A program made the position numbers and the translations under genes. Below, in pieces: positions 9,849-21,206 of a DNA stretch of 64,000 bases (positions are counted from its first letter, which is position 1; every line of letters starts with the position of its first letter). This stretch comes from an uncultured Chthonomonadaceae bacterium (GTDB lineage Bacteria; Armatimonadota; Chthonomonadetes; Chthonomonadales; Chthonomonadaceae): NCBI GenBank assembly GCA_963835065.1, contig CAWIEK010000001.1, positions 128,001 through 192,000 of the forward strand. The letters are read 5' to 3'. The notes beneath the pieces were generated by a model. That model saw only the letters and a program-made list of their open reading frames with translations. It was not told the origin of the DNA and searched no databases.

Positions 9849-10236
9849 AAAATGTTCTTCCTCTCCCAAACTTAGGAGAAGAACTTGCAAACTGTTTTCA
9901 CATTAACTGAGTTCGCCATGTTTAATGAAAACGCCGTATGTCCGAACGCCGAATACCCAATACCGAACACCGATTCCAAAAAACCTAACGCTATTATACC
10001 TGCCCGACACGAGCGTAGCAAGCGGCCTGCCACCGAAAAGCGGGAAAAGAGCCGAAAACCGAGAAAAGAAGGAAAAGAAAGGCATAAGGCTGAAATTTTC
10101 CGTTTGTTGCGGCTGCAATCAAAATTGCGTCCCTCGCGTAGTACGTGGTAGAATGTAGCGTTTGCCCTGCCCGCAATGGCAGCGCGATTCAAGCTCTTAA
10201 ACGCGACTTCCACATTCAACAGCGAGGTGATTGCAC

Positions 10237-11413
10237 ATGACCGCTACAGCCACAGCCACAGCCGATGGTTTGAGGGACGTTATAATCGGCCAGTCCGAAA
10301 TCTGCGATGTTCAGGCGCAGGGGAACTTGTACTATCGGGGTTATAATATCCACGAATTGGCAGACCACTCCACGTTCGAGGAGGTGGTCTATTTGTTGTG
10401 GTACGGCAAGCTGCCGTCCCTGTCCGAACTCAACGCTTTCAGCGAACAGCTTGCCGAACAGCGCGATTTGCCCGCCGATGTGCTGACGCTGCTGCGCCAT
10501 TACCCCAAAAACGCGAATTCGATGGATGCCCTGCGCACGGCTATTTCGGCGTTAGGAATGTTCGACCCGGACATGGGCGACAACTCCAAAGACGCTAATC
10601 TGCGCAAAGCCGCCCGCCTGCAAGCCAAAATCCCCACGATTGTCGCCGCCATCGAGCGCTTGAGTCAGGGCCTGGAACCCGTGCAGCCGCGCCGCGATTT
10701 GAGCCTTGCCGCCAATTTCCTGTATATGCTGCACGGCGAAGAGGCCGACCCGCTGTATGTCCGCACTTTTGACATTGACTTTATTCTTCACGCCGACCAT
10801 GAGATTAATGCCAGCACCTTTGCGACTCGCGTGACGGTAGCGACGGGCGCGGACATTTATTCCGGCATGGTGTCGGGCATCGGAACGCTGTCGGGACCCA
10901 AGCACGGCGCGGCAGCCGAAGAAACGATGGAAATGCTGCTGCAAATTGGCGATGTGAGCGGCGTGGATGCGTATGTGCGTCCCAAACTGACAGGCGCGAC
11001 GCGAACGCCCATTCCCGGCTTCGGCCATGCTGTGTACCGCGCCCCCGACCCCCGCGCCACGCACCTGCGCGAAATGAGCAAGCAGTTGGGGCAACTGCAC
11101 GGGGATACCAAATGGTTCGACATGACGACGGCGATTGAAAAACTGGTGGATGAACTGAGCAACACGCCCGAACGCCTTGGCGGCGGGCAAGCAGCCGATT
11201 TACGCGAATGTGGACTGCTTTTCCGCGTCCTGCTACTACGAAATGGGCCTGCCTGCCCGCCTGTACACGCCCATTTTCGCCATCAGCCGCACATCGGGCT
11301 GGTGCGCCCACATGAGTGAGCAGCTCACCAACAAGAAGATCATCCGCCCCCGCGCCGAATACGTCGGCAAGCACGACGTTCCCTATACGCCCATCGAACA
11401 GCGCGAAGCATAG
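10237..11413 (+). CDS. gltA: Citrate / 2-methylcitrate synthase, one frameshift near 11176
   Basis: GL.DV, LYYRGY, LHADHE.NAST, GPKHG, GFGHAVY; the catalytic NVD and FAISR.SGW.AH continue in the 11177-11413 frame. Confidence 0.9.
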
Positions 11414-11445
11414 CATACTGCCTTACATATTTGCCTGTAGGAAAG

Positions 11446-11476
11446 GAGGGGTAACTTACGTTTACCCCTCTTTTTT
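11446..11476 (+). terminator. Rho-independent terminator
   Basis: GAGGGGTAA-loop-TTACCCCTC followed by a T run. Confidence 0.8.
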
Positions 11477-11819
11477 CTGATTAACGGTATGTAGAGGCAT
11501 CGTCGAAATCTTGGCAATGCAGCGCTTCCAGCCCGATGTCTCGTTGTGTCAGGTTGTAGGAGAGAGGCGTCGTGACCTCGTAAGCGTCAGGGCGAACGGG
11601 AGGCGTGAAACATAGGACTTGCACCTCCCTTCCTGTCTGGATAGCACCTGTGTATAACATCTGAATAGTAGACGTTTGTACATGTTTAGACAGACTGAAG
11701 AAGGCAAAGGTTTCGTTTGTTTCGCGTTAATTTACTCTTTTTTGGCTTTTTTCTGGATTGTTTTGCGGGAGGGCTGCTGTTGGGGTCGTGTGTGGGAATG
11801 GAGAGGAGGCGCTTGCTTC

Positions 11820-12128
11820 GGGGTTATACATCTATCTCTTGCCGGAGGGCACAACCTGTGATATTGTTGGCGAATCCAAAAGAGGTTGTCCGTGTTCAGC
11901 AGATACATCAGGCCGCTTCCTCATCGTCTTCCGGGCGAAGCGCCTCGCGATACTCACGCCCAAGCCGCTGTTGCTTCCCCATGAACCTTCACTGTTGGCA
12001 AACGCGCCGAAACGCTGTTCCCACCAAGGCATTGTCGTTTGCGGTTTGTCCGTCGCCAACTGCTGTTTCAGCAACGCGAGTTCTTGTTCAATGGTAGTCA
12101 AGCGTTCTTCAACCGATGTTACTGCCAT
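11820..12128 (-). pseudogene. Degenerate vapBC-type toxin-antitoxin remnant
   Basis: MAVTSVEERL...WWEQRFGAFANS, then after a frameshift RLGREYREALRPEDDEEAA*. A TGATG overlap at 11910-11906 leads into MYLLNTDNL, a PIN-like N-terminus that then decays. Confidence 0.55.
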
Positions 12129-12684
12129 CGCTGTTCTCCTCACAAATCGGCACTATAAGATATTCTCTCTATTAGGAGTATGCTTATTATGTTACTACAC
12201 CTAAATCATTTTCTTGTCCAACAGGTAGTTTCTTCCTGTGTCAAGCACATAGCCTCCCACCCACTGCGCTTGAACTCCTGAATAGATGACAGGAACTTTT
12301 TCTGTAGACAAATGTGCGCAGGTCGGCTCCTTTGTTCTCTCAAATGCATGGCTTATGGCTAACAACATCGTATCTTAGTGTAGTCCTCGCTTCAATAATT
12401 GATAGGGGATAGAGATGTGGTCTACTGACGTAGGTTCTGGCTTCAAAGTAACTTGCGTCAAGGCTACTTTGATTTTGTCAGCAAATATTCACTTAGCGGA
12501 GTATGTCGGTGTCTGTTTCACCGGCTTCATGGCTTCCAACATTCCCTTAAAACTCGCCAATTGATGCAAAGCGACTTTGAACTGTTCTGGAGTGGTAATC
12601 ATAAGCGCACCTCGACAATGCCTTTTGGCTGTTTTGTCACCTTATCGTGATCGAAGCCATCCAGACGGCATATCAGGGGAACGG

Positions 12685-14700
12685 CTACGTCACTTTGAAA
12701 ACATGAAAATATTGCCGCATTAGCTGCTTCACGAAGGCGTACTGCATCCAGTTCCACGCAACGTTGATAGCGTCATCAGGAAGAAGAGCGGCATGTTCTT
12801 TGTCATCCGTATGACCAGATGGGATGATGGGATCACACGCATTCGGCGGATTGCTGCGCGTTTCCAAAACATGACAGAGATGCCACCGCATCCTGCAGTA
12901 CACGATAATTAACGAGCAACGCCGCCTCTGACGTCCTGCGCCAACAGGGTTTCCATGCCGACTCACCACAGCCCGGATATACGCCCTGTCCTCGCAATAC
13001 TGCCGCACGTACGCCACGACTCGGATTGTTAGAAAATGCCTTCCGGCAACACGATGCCTAATCTGCCGCCGGGTTTCAGCAGCGACAAACACCGCTCAAT
13101 AAACAAAACCTCCGTCTTTACTTTGCCTTTGCCGCCCCCGCCCATGTCGAACAGACTGGCGATAGGATCGCCTTCCGCCCCTTCCAGCCGCGCCAGCGCG
13201 TCCCGATACAAACTGCCGTACTCCTGCTCGTAGCGCCGCTGCGCGTCCCGGTCTATCTGGTAATCGCTGTCGCGCACGATGTCGGACGATTTCACATTCG
13301 ACCCGAACGGCGGATTACTCATAAATGATATCGAACCGCCCCTCAAAAATGCCGTTCACATTCAAAAACCCGTTATGATGGTGTACGCCGCCGTGTCCGT
13401 CACCGTGCATAATCATGTTCATTTTACTTGTACGCGCCATCCGGTCGTTTGCGTCCGTGCCGTACAAACAGCGGTTTGACAGTTTCCAAAGTGGCGAATC
13501 CCGTTCCCTCTGGTCGAGTTCCTTCTGCCGCCAAGCGTCTTTCTGCCGCAGCAACTCGGCTTTCTGCGCATCGCTCAGGTCAGCCCGCGCGTTTGTTTCC
13601 GCTTCAAAGCGGCGATATTCTCCATCCACGCTCTGCGTAATCTGTTCGCGCACCAGTTCAAACGCCCGAATCAGAAAGCCGCCCGAACCGCTGGCCGGAT
13701 CGCAAATCACGTCACCCGCTAGCGGCTGTACCATGCGTACCATAAATTCAACAATCGGGCGCGGCGTGAAAAACTGCCCGATTTCACCCCGAAACGTCCG
13801 GCCTAAAAAGCGTTCAAACGCAATTCCCTTAATATCTTCGCTCGTATCGCTCAGGTTGTACCGCTCCAGCAGGCCGACAATTTCCATACTCGTCGCCGGT
13901 TTCAGGTTGATCTTTTGGCTGGTCTCGTCCACAAACAGCCGGTCGTCACGATAGTACAGTTTTGTCAGGTCGAACAGGGAATTGATAGGATCGTCGCCAA
14001 GCTGCTCCTTGAGATAGTCCTGCGTGAAACGATTCTGCCGCAGCTTCTTGCGTTTCAATTCCCGCTCTACATACACTTTGACAAACAAAATTTTGGCGAT
14101 TTCATCAAAAGCCGCAGCCGGGTTTTTATGTTCGCGGTTCCGAATAACGTTGTGGCATTTGTGCAGCAGGTCGGCAAACTCATCCTCCCGGAACGTTTTC
14201 AGCTTTTCGATAAGTTCCTTTATCTGCTTGTCGTTGTCGCTGGCATGGGGAATGTCGGTAATCTCTTCCACATAGCCGGGCATTTTGTCTTTCAGGACGC
14301 GCCAATAGCGCGTTTCGCGGTTGTTGTGCGTGACAAAAAACGGCGCATCTACAAACCGCGCGTAGTTTTCACCCTGCTGATAATCCTTTTCCGAAATGGT
14401 CACGTTGTCCGACTTGCACTCAATTACGATCAGCGGACGCTTCTTGTCGGCTTTATCCTGCGCTGTCCGCCAGATAACAAAATCAGCGCGGGCATGGGCG
14501 GAACCCCTGCCCGTCAATTCCAACTCTTCCGCCATTTGCTCAAGTGGATAGCCGTATTCGTTGACCAGCGTACAAAGATACTCCTGCCGAACGCGCTCTT
14601 CGGGCTGTTCTACAAGATACATTTTACGAAGCGGACTATAAATCTTGTTGTTACTGCGCTGAACCGAAAGGTGGGAAGGGGAAGGCATCGCCTGTGTCAT
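12685..14700 (-). pseudogene. Fused HsdR-N nuclease / N6-adenine DNA methyltransferase, frameshifted and decaying at the 3' end
   Basis: PEERVRQ and ADFVIW...IECK nuclease motifs; GQFFTPR, DPASGSGGF, NPPFG (13029-13346 frame), LKPGGRLGIVLPEG; AYVRQYCEDRAYIRAVVS in a third frame. Confidence 0.85.
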
Positions 14701-14880
14701 ACTGAAAATACTCCCGCACAGAATTTGTCATTTGTTTCTACACAGCCTTCATATATTCCTGCGTGTAGAACCAGACACGGTGCGTTTCAAATTCAGAAAG
14801 GAGCAACGCGGCAATTATCCGCTTTCCGCCAAAGGGAGGGCGCGTCAAGTATAATAAAGGAAGAGGAGAGAACACGCCCT

Positions 14881-17304
14881 ATGTCCGATATGCCCGAACC
14901 CGTACCCTTCCCGACCGAAGCCGACGCGCCGCCCGAAGCCGAGGATATTCCCTATTTGCCGGAGTATGCGCCTGCCGGGGAGAGCCAGGACGAATTTGTT
15001 TTGCGCCCGCCGCTTGCCCTTGCCGAGATTGAAGCGGAAACTCGCGCTGTTGATCCCAATCATCCCCTGCTGAAAAGCCTGAACCCCGTGCAGCGGCAGG
15101 CCGTGCTGCATGGAACCGGGCCGCTGCTGCTGTTTGCCGGAGCCGGGTCGGGCAAAACGCGCGTTTTGACGCACCGCGTCGCCTACCTCATTTCCGAGCG
15201 CAATGTTCTGCCGCGCCACATTCTGGCCGTGACGTTCACCAACAAGGCCGCGCAGGAGATGAAGGAGCGCATCAACAAACTCGTGGGCGACAATGTGGGC
15301 AAGCACCTGTGGGTAGGCACGTTTCATGCCCTGTGCGCCCGCTTATTGCGCGAGTTCGGCGAAAAGATCGGGCTGGACCGGGACTTTGTCGTGTACGACG
15401 ATGCCGACCAAATGACGCTCATCAAAGAGTGTATGCGGCAGTTGAACATTGACGAGAAGAAGTTCGCGCCCCGCGCCCTGCTGTCCCGCATCAGCGCGGC
15501 AAAGGAAAAACTGGTGCGCCCTGCCGATTGGCACAAGCACTTTTTAGGCTTCTTCGACGACATTGCGGGCAAAGTCTATCCCGTTTATCAGCAGAAACTC
15601 CGCGACAACAACGCGCTGGATTTCGACGACCTGCTCACGGAAGCCGTTCACTTGTTACAGGAACGCGCCGACGTGCTGGAACGCCTGCAAAACCGCTTTC
15701 GCTACATTCTCGTGGACGAGTATCAGGACGTAAACCACGTCCAGTACATGCTGCTGCATCATCTTGCCATTAAGTATCAAAATCTATGCGTAGTTGGCGA
15801 CGATGATCAAAGTGTGTACGGGTGGAGAGGCGCAGATGTTCGCTTGATTTTGCAGTTTGAGCATGACTATCCGAACGCGACCGTGATGAAGTTGGAGCAG
15901 AATTACCGCTCCACGCAGACGATTTTGGAAGCCGCGTATGGCGTCGTGCGCCACAACAAAGGCCGCAAGGACAAAAAACTGTGGACGGAAAACGAAGAGG
16001 GCGTTCCGCTCCACATGCACGAGGCCGCCAACGAGCAGGAAGAAGCCGCGTGGATCGCGCAAAAGGTGCGGCAGGCCGTCAAGGAAGGCGGGCAAAAGTG
16101 GAGCAATTACGCCGTTCTGTACCGGACGAACGCGCAGTCGCGCATCATGGAAGATATGTTCCGCAACTGGTACATTCCCTACAAAATCGTGGGCGGCGTC
16201 CGGTTCTACGAGCGCAAGGAAATCAAGGACATTCTCGCGTACCTGCGTATCCTGTCAAACCCGGTAGACAGCATCAGCCTGCGGCGTATTATCAACGTTC
16301 CGGCGCGGGGCATCGGCCAAAGCACCTTTACGGCCATTGAAGAAGACATGCTGCTGTCGGGGCGCAATCTGTGGGACACCATTCAGCACATCGGCAACGT
16401 CAGCACGGTCAGCAGCCGGGCGCGGACGAAACTGGCCGAGTTCGCCTCCTTAATCGTATCGCTCCGACAGGAGCGCGAACATTCGACAGTTTCAGAACTG
16501 GTACAAAAGGTGCTGGACAGAACGGGCTATCAGCGGGCATTGGAAGAGGAAAACACGCTGGAAGCGCAGTCCCGCCTGGAAAACATCGGGGAACTGGTGA
16601 CGGCGGTTCGGCAGTTCGAATCCGAAACCGAAAGTCCGAGTTTGCAGGCGTTTTTGGAGCAGGTGTCGCTCGTATCGGATATTGACAGCCTTGACGCCAA
16701 CGCGGAAGCCGTGACGCTGATGACGCTTCACGCCGCCAAGGGGCTGGAATTCCCGACGGTGTTTCTGGTCGGCATGGAGGAGTGCGTATTTCCCCACGCC
16801 CGCTCGATGGAGTCGGACAAGGAATTGGAGGAGGAGCGGCGCTTGTGCTATGTGGGCATTACGCGCGCAAAGCGCGAAGTGGTGTTCAGCTTCGCCAGCC
16901 GCCGCACCACATATGGCAACATCGCCTTCAACCCGCCGTCGCGCTTTCTCAAAGAGATACCGTCCGAACTGTTCAAAGCCAACCGCAACCAGCGCGGCCC
17001 AACGGTTTCCTCTTTCGATCCTGATGAGGATGAAGAAGGGAACAGGGACAGGGACAGGGAACAGGGAATCAGGCCGAAACAGAAACTCTGGGATCAAGGA
17101 CTTATTTCGCCGCGCGAGGAGAAGCAGCGGGCGGAAGCCGCCGGGTACAAAGTCGGGCAGAAGGTGAAACACGCCACGTTCGGCACGGGCGTAATTCTCA
17201 AGGTCGCGGGCGAGGACGCGAACACGCAATTGGAAGTGGCGTTTCCGAACGTTGGCGTCAAAAAACTGCTGCTGGCGTATGCCAAACTGGAGCGCGTGAA
17301 GTAA
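14881..17304 (+). CDS. pcrA: ATP-dependent DNA helicase PcrA/UvrD
   Basis: AGAGSGKT, TFTNKAA, VDEYQD, GDDDQSVYGWRGA, LEQNYRST, TLHAAKGLEF, EERRLCYVGITRA; C-terminal Tudor-like domain. Confidence 0.96.
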   Translation: MSDMPEPVPFPTEADAPPEAEDIPYLPEYAPAGESQDEFVLRPPLALAEIEAETRAVDPNHPLLKSLNPVQRQAVLHGTGPLLLFAGAGSGKTRVLTHRVAYLISERNVLPRHILAVTFTNKAAQEMKERINKLVGDNVGKHLWVGTFHALCARLLREFGEKIGLDRDFVVYDDADQMTLIKECMRQLNIDEKKFAPRALLSRISAAKEKLVRPADWHKHFLGFFDDIAGKVYPVYQQKLRDNNALDFDDLLTEAVHLLQERADVLERLQNRFRYILVDEYQDVNHVQYMLLHHLAIKYQNLCVVGDDDQSVYGWRGADVRLILQFEHDYPNATVMKLEQNYRSTQTILEAAYGVVRHNKGRKDKKLWTENEEGVPLHMHEAANEQEEAAWIAQKVRQAVKEGGQKWSNYAVLYRTNAQSRIMEDMFRNWYIPYKIVGGVRFYERKEIKDILAYLRILSNPVDSISLRRIINVPARGIGQSTFTAIEEDMLLSGRNLWDTIQHIGNVSTVSSRARTKLAEFASLIVSLRQEREHSTVSELVQKVLDRTGYQRALEEENTLEAQSRLENIGELVTAVRQFESETESPSLQAFLEQVSLVSDIDSLDANAEAVTLMTLHAAKGLEFPTVFLVGMEECVFPHARSMESDKELEEERRLCYVGITRAKREVVFSFASRRTTYGNIAFNPPSRFLKEIPSELFKANRNQRGPTVSSFDPDEDEEGNRDRDREQGIRPKQKLWDQGLISPREEKQRAEAAGYKVGQKVKHATFGTGVILKVAGEDANTQLEVAFPNVGVKKLLLAYAKLERVK

Positions 17305-17325
17305 CAGGCGCAGAGGAGAACTACC

Positions 17326-18162
17326 ATGACAATCGCAGTTCCACAACCCAAAACGGATAAAACCCGCAAGCCCCGCGAGATTGATTATCCCGTTCGAGAT
17401 AACAACCCTATGGCTGAAACCGACAAACACGCCGATCTGATGGTGTACACGAAAACCGCGCTGCAAGTGCGTTATGCCGATCAACCGGACGTCTATGTGT
17501 CCGGCAACAACTTCCTCTATTATGAGGAGGGCGCTCCCAAAAAGTGCGTATCCCCGGATTGCTATGTGGTCTTTGGAGTTCCCAACTACAAGCGCGACTC
17601 GTACATGAGTTGGCGAGAGAGCGGAAAGCTGCCGAGCGTGGTATTCGAGTTCACCTCCGCAAAGACAAGCAGTGATGATATCAACGTGAAACGCCCCCTC
17701 TATGAAACCGTTCTGCGGGTGAATGAGTATTTTTTGTTCGACCCGACCGGGGATTATCTGGAACCCCGGCTGCAGGGCTGGCGGCTGATTGACGGACGCT
17801 ATCAGCCGATCCCTCTGGAAAACGGACGCATGCACAGCGAACAATTGGGGCTTGACCTGGTGCAGCAGGGCGAAACCATGCGCCTGTTCGATCCTCAGCG
17901 CGGCGAATTTTTGCTGGATTTGCTGGAAGCAACGCAGCGCGCCACAATGGAAGCGCAGCGCGCTGATTTGGAAGCGTACAAAGCGGAACTGGCGGCACGG
18001 AAGGCAGAAGCAGAAGCGCAACGCGCCAATGAAGAAGCGCAACGCGCCGAAGCGGAAAAGCAACGGGCAGAGGCGCAGGCGCAGGCGCGAGCCGAAACAG
18101 AAGCCGAAAATGCGCGTTTGCGCGCGGAATTGGCCGCGCTGCGCGGCACGAACCAGACTTAG
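17326..18162 (+). CDS. Uma2 (DUF820) family endonuclease-like protein with coiled-coil tail
   Basis: SPDCYVV, PSVVFEFTS, EYFLFDP motifs; AEAEAQRA-type repeats. Confidence 0.9.
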   Translation: MTIAVPQPKTDKTRKPREIDYPVRDNNPMAETDKHADLMVYTKTALQVRYADQPDVYVSGNNFLYYEEGAPKKCVSPDCYVVFGVPNYKRDSYMSWRESGKLPSVVFEFTSAKTSSDDINVKRPLYETVLRVNEYFLFDPTGDYLEPRLQGWRLIDGRYQPIPLENGRMHSEQLGLDLVQQGETMRLFDPQRGEFLLDLLEATQRATMEAQRADLEAYKAELAARKAEAEAQRANEEAQRAEAEKQRAEAQAQARAETEAENARLRAELAALRGTNQT

Positions 18163-18174
18163 ACGGGAGTAACC

Positions 18175-19381
18175 GTGAGCAATCAAAAAGTGATTCGCGC
18201 GCTGAAAACAGCCTGGGAACGCGAAGTGGAAGCGGCGCAGTTGTACCGCCTGCTTAGTGAACAGCAGGAGGACGCGCACCGGCGCGACATTTTTCTCAGA
18301 CTGGCGCAATCCGAGGAACAACATGCCCGCGAGTTTGGCAGCCGAATTGAAGCGCTGGGCGGTACATTGCCATCCGCCAATACAAACCCGACTGCGGCGC
18401 AGCGCCTGATGGCGCGCTCATTGGGCACGGACGCTATGCTGCGCCGCATCGAAGCCGAAGAAGATCGCAACGTCGCGCAATTTGACCGCTTTGCGCAGGC
18501 GCTGGCCGAAGATCAAATCTCGCATGAGCTGTTTACGCGCATCGAAGATGAGGAAAAACAACATGCCGGCCTGCTGCACACGCTGAAAACGCCCGACGAA
18601 CCCAAAGGCCGATCTGGAAGCCATGTTAAAAGGGGAAAAGTGGCACGGTTCTACCGGCAGTTGGATTGGGGATGCCATTTATGGCCTGAATGACGGGTTG
18701 GGGGCTGTATTCGGCGTGGTCAGCGGCATGGCGGGCGCAACCGCCACGCACCTCAACACCGCCGCCACCAACGCGAGCGCCGCCACTGCTGCCACTTCTG
18801 ACCCCCTGCAAAGCGGCAAAGTGGTGCTGACGGCAGGACTTATCGCAATGCTGGCGTCGGCGCTTTCGATGGGCGCAAGCGCGTTCATGGCAAGCAAATC
18901 GGAGCGGGAAGTGTACGAGGCGGAGATTGCGCGGGAAAAGCTGGAAATCGAGCAATCGCCCGAACACGAAAAAGAAGAACTGCAATTGCTGTTTCAACTG
19001 AAAGGCTTATCGGAGTCGGAAGCGCAGCTAATGGCGGACCGCATCGCCGCCAACCCTGACCAATTCTTGAAAACAATGGCGCAGGAAGAGCTTGGCCTGA
19101 GCCAACGGCATTTTCCCAACCCGCTCACGGGCGCGTTTTCCGCCGCGCTGTCAACGGGTATCGGTGGCTCACTGCCCATTATTCCGTTCTTTTTCACGCG
19201 CGGCCTGCCCGCCCTGCTTTGCTCCGCCGCCATCGGCCTGCTCGCCCATTTCGCGGTAGGCGCGGCCAAAAGCCTGGTCACGGCCCGCTCCTGGTGGGCC
19301 AGCGGGCTGGAAATGACTGCCATCGGCTTTCTGACCGGCGGCGTCACTTACGCGATAGGTGTCCTATTTCATATAGGGTAG
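18175..19381 (+). CDS. Ferritin/rubrerythrin-like domain fused to a VIT1/CCC1 transporter, one frameshift near 18612
   Basis: Two ExxH motifs (EEQH, EKQH), then DAIYGLNDGL and ASALSMGASAF in the next frame. Confidence 0.85.
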
Positions 19382-19426
19382 AAAAGAAGAAAAGGAGAAT
19401 TTCCTTTTCTTCTTTTCTCGGTTTGG

Positions 19427-20935
19427 CTACAACTGTGTGCAGATCGCTTTTACTTCCGTGTACATTTCCAGCGCTTCGTGGCCCATTTCGCGGCCCCAGC
19501 CGGACTGTTTGTAGCCGCCGAAGGGCAGCGCGGCATCGAATATATTGAAGCAGTTGATCCAGACCGTGCCCGCTTTCAGTTGCGCGGCAAGCCGGTGCGC
19601 TTTGCTGATGTCGCGCGTCCAGATTCCTGCCGCCAGGCCGTAGATGGAATCGTTGGCGACGGGCATCACGTCCTCCACATTGGAAAACGGAATGGCCGTG
19701 ACGACGGGGCCGAAGATTTCTTCCTGCACCACCTTCATGTTCGGCGTGGTGTCCACCAGCACGGTTGGCTCGACAAAGTAGCCCCGGCTGCCGATGCGAT
19801 TGCCGCCCGTGACTGCCCGCGCGCCCTCGTTTCGCCCGGCTTCCAGATAGCCGCATACGCGGGTAAGCTGCTCATCCGACACCAATGGCCCCATTTGCGA
19901 GGATGGGTCAATTCCCGGCCCGACTTTGATGTTTTTGGCCGCCTCGGAGATGCCGCTGACCACATCGTCAAAGATGGATTTTTCCACGTACAGGCGCGAC
20001 CCGGCGCAGCACACCTGCCCCTGATTGAAGAAGATCGCGCTTGCCGCTCCGGGAATAGCCGTTTGCAAGTCGGCGTCGTTCAGTACGATATTGGGCGATT
20101 TGCCGCCTAATTCCAGCGACACTTTTTTGAGATTGCCTGCCGCGGCTTTCAAAATCAACTTGCCGACTTCCGTGGAGCCGGTAAACGCCACTTTGTCAAT
20201 GTCGGGATGAGCCGCAATCGCCGCGCCCGCCGTTTCGCCGAAGCCGGTTACGATGTTGACCACGCCGTCCGGGAAACCGACTTCGCAGATTAATTCTCCC
20301 AATCGCAGAGCGGTCAGGGGCGTTTGCTCGGCGGGCTTGAGGACAACCGTACATCCTGTTGCCAGCGCGGGGCCAAGTTTCCACGCTGCCATGAGCAGGG
20401 GGAAATTCCACGGGATGATCTGCCCGACCACGCCCACCGGTTCCCGCAGGGTATACGCCAGAAACTTCGCGCCGGGCATGTAGGGTACGGAGATGGGGAT
20501 GGTGTTGCCTTCGATCTTGGTCGCCCAGCCCGCCATGTAGCGGAACAAATCAATGGCAAGCGCAACGTCGGCAACGCGGGCAATTGTGATCGGCTTGCCG
20601 TTGTCCAGGGCTTCCAGGCGGGCGAACTCGTCGGCGTTGGCTTCCAGCAAATCCGCCAGCCGCCACAACAGTTTGCCACGCTCCGAAGCGGTCATATCGG
20701 GCCACGCGCCACTCTCGAACGCCCGCCGCGCCGCCCGTACCGCTCGTTCCACGTCCGCCCGGTCCCCTGCCGGGATTTGCGCCAGCGTTTCCCCTGTCGC
20801 GGGGTTCAGGGTGGCAAACGTTTCGCCCGACTCGGCTTCCACCCACCGCCCGTCAATCAGCATCTTCCGTGTGCCGTTCAGCCAGCCGTCCTGCTGCGCC
20901 GGTTTTCCCAATGTTCTTTCCATCGTTGCCGTCAT
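19427..20935 (-). CDS. NAD-dependent aldehyde dehydrogenase
   Basis: IIPWNFP, FTGSTEVG, LELGGKSP, NQGQVCCAG, EEIFGPV, PFGGYKQSG. Confidence 0.95.
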   Translation of the reverse strand: MTATMERTLGKPAQQDGWLNGTRKMLIDGRWVEAESGETFATLNPATGETLAQIPAGDRADVERAVRAARRAFESGAWPDMTASERGKLLWRLADLLEANADEFARLEALDNGKPITIARVADVALAIDLFRYMAGWATKIEGNTIPISVPYMPGAKFLAYTLREPVGVVGQIIPWNFPLLMAAWKLGPALATGCTVVLKPAEQTPLTALRLGELICEVGFPDGVVNIVTGFGETAGAAIAAHPDIDKVAFTGSTEVGKLILKAAAGNLKKVSLELGGKSPNIVLNDADLQTAIPGAASAIFFNQGQVCCAGSRLYVEKSIFDDVVSGISEAAKNIKVGPGIDPSSQMGPLVSDEQLTRVCGYLEAGRNEGARAVTGGNRIGSRGYFVEPTVLVDTTPNMKVVQEEIFGPVVTAIPFSNVEDVMPVANDSIYGLAAGIWTRDISKAHRLAAQLKAGTVWINCFNIFDAALPFGGYKQSGWGREMGHEALEMYTEVKAICTQL

Positions 20936-21206
20936 GGTTCCGCTCCTTCGCGTACTGCTTGCTCGCCGTTGCTCTTGCGCTGTTCTGGGAAATGATAGTT
21001 TCCATCCAGCGTTGCGCCATTATACAGAAAACATGCAGGGGATGCAAGTATTGTTTTCCGGCGTACTGATAGCCCCGTCGTGAACGCCCCGTCTGATGGC
21101 AGGCATGAAGAAAATATCGCGTTCAACAGAACTTATTTGCCCTCAGAAAGGTTACATAAGCAGAAGCGCGATCAAGCGGTATTCTCGAATCTGAAGGAAA
21201 AACATC

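Noticed and set aside
11170..11195. Programmed ribosomal frameshift in citrate synthase or the other split genes
   Set aside because: No slippery heptamer was seen here, and indels scattered across unrelated genes favour sequencing error.
13915..14880. Apparent 322-aa N-terminal extension of UvrD (1129-aa ORF)
   Set aside because: It is mostly the antisense shadow of the restriction-modification gene; the RBS and ATG at 14881 give a normal PcrA.
16492..18324. 610-aa minus-strand ORF (also 60049-62307 and similar long antisense ORFs)
   Set aside because: These are stop-poor antisense frames of real GC-rich genes and have no recognisable motifs.
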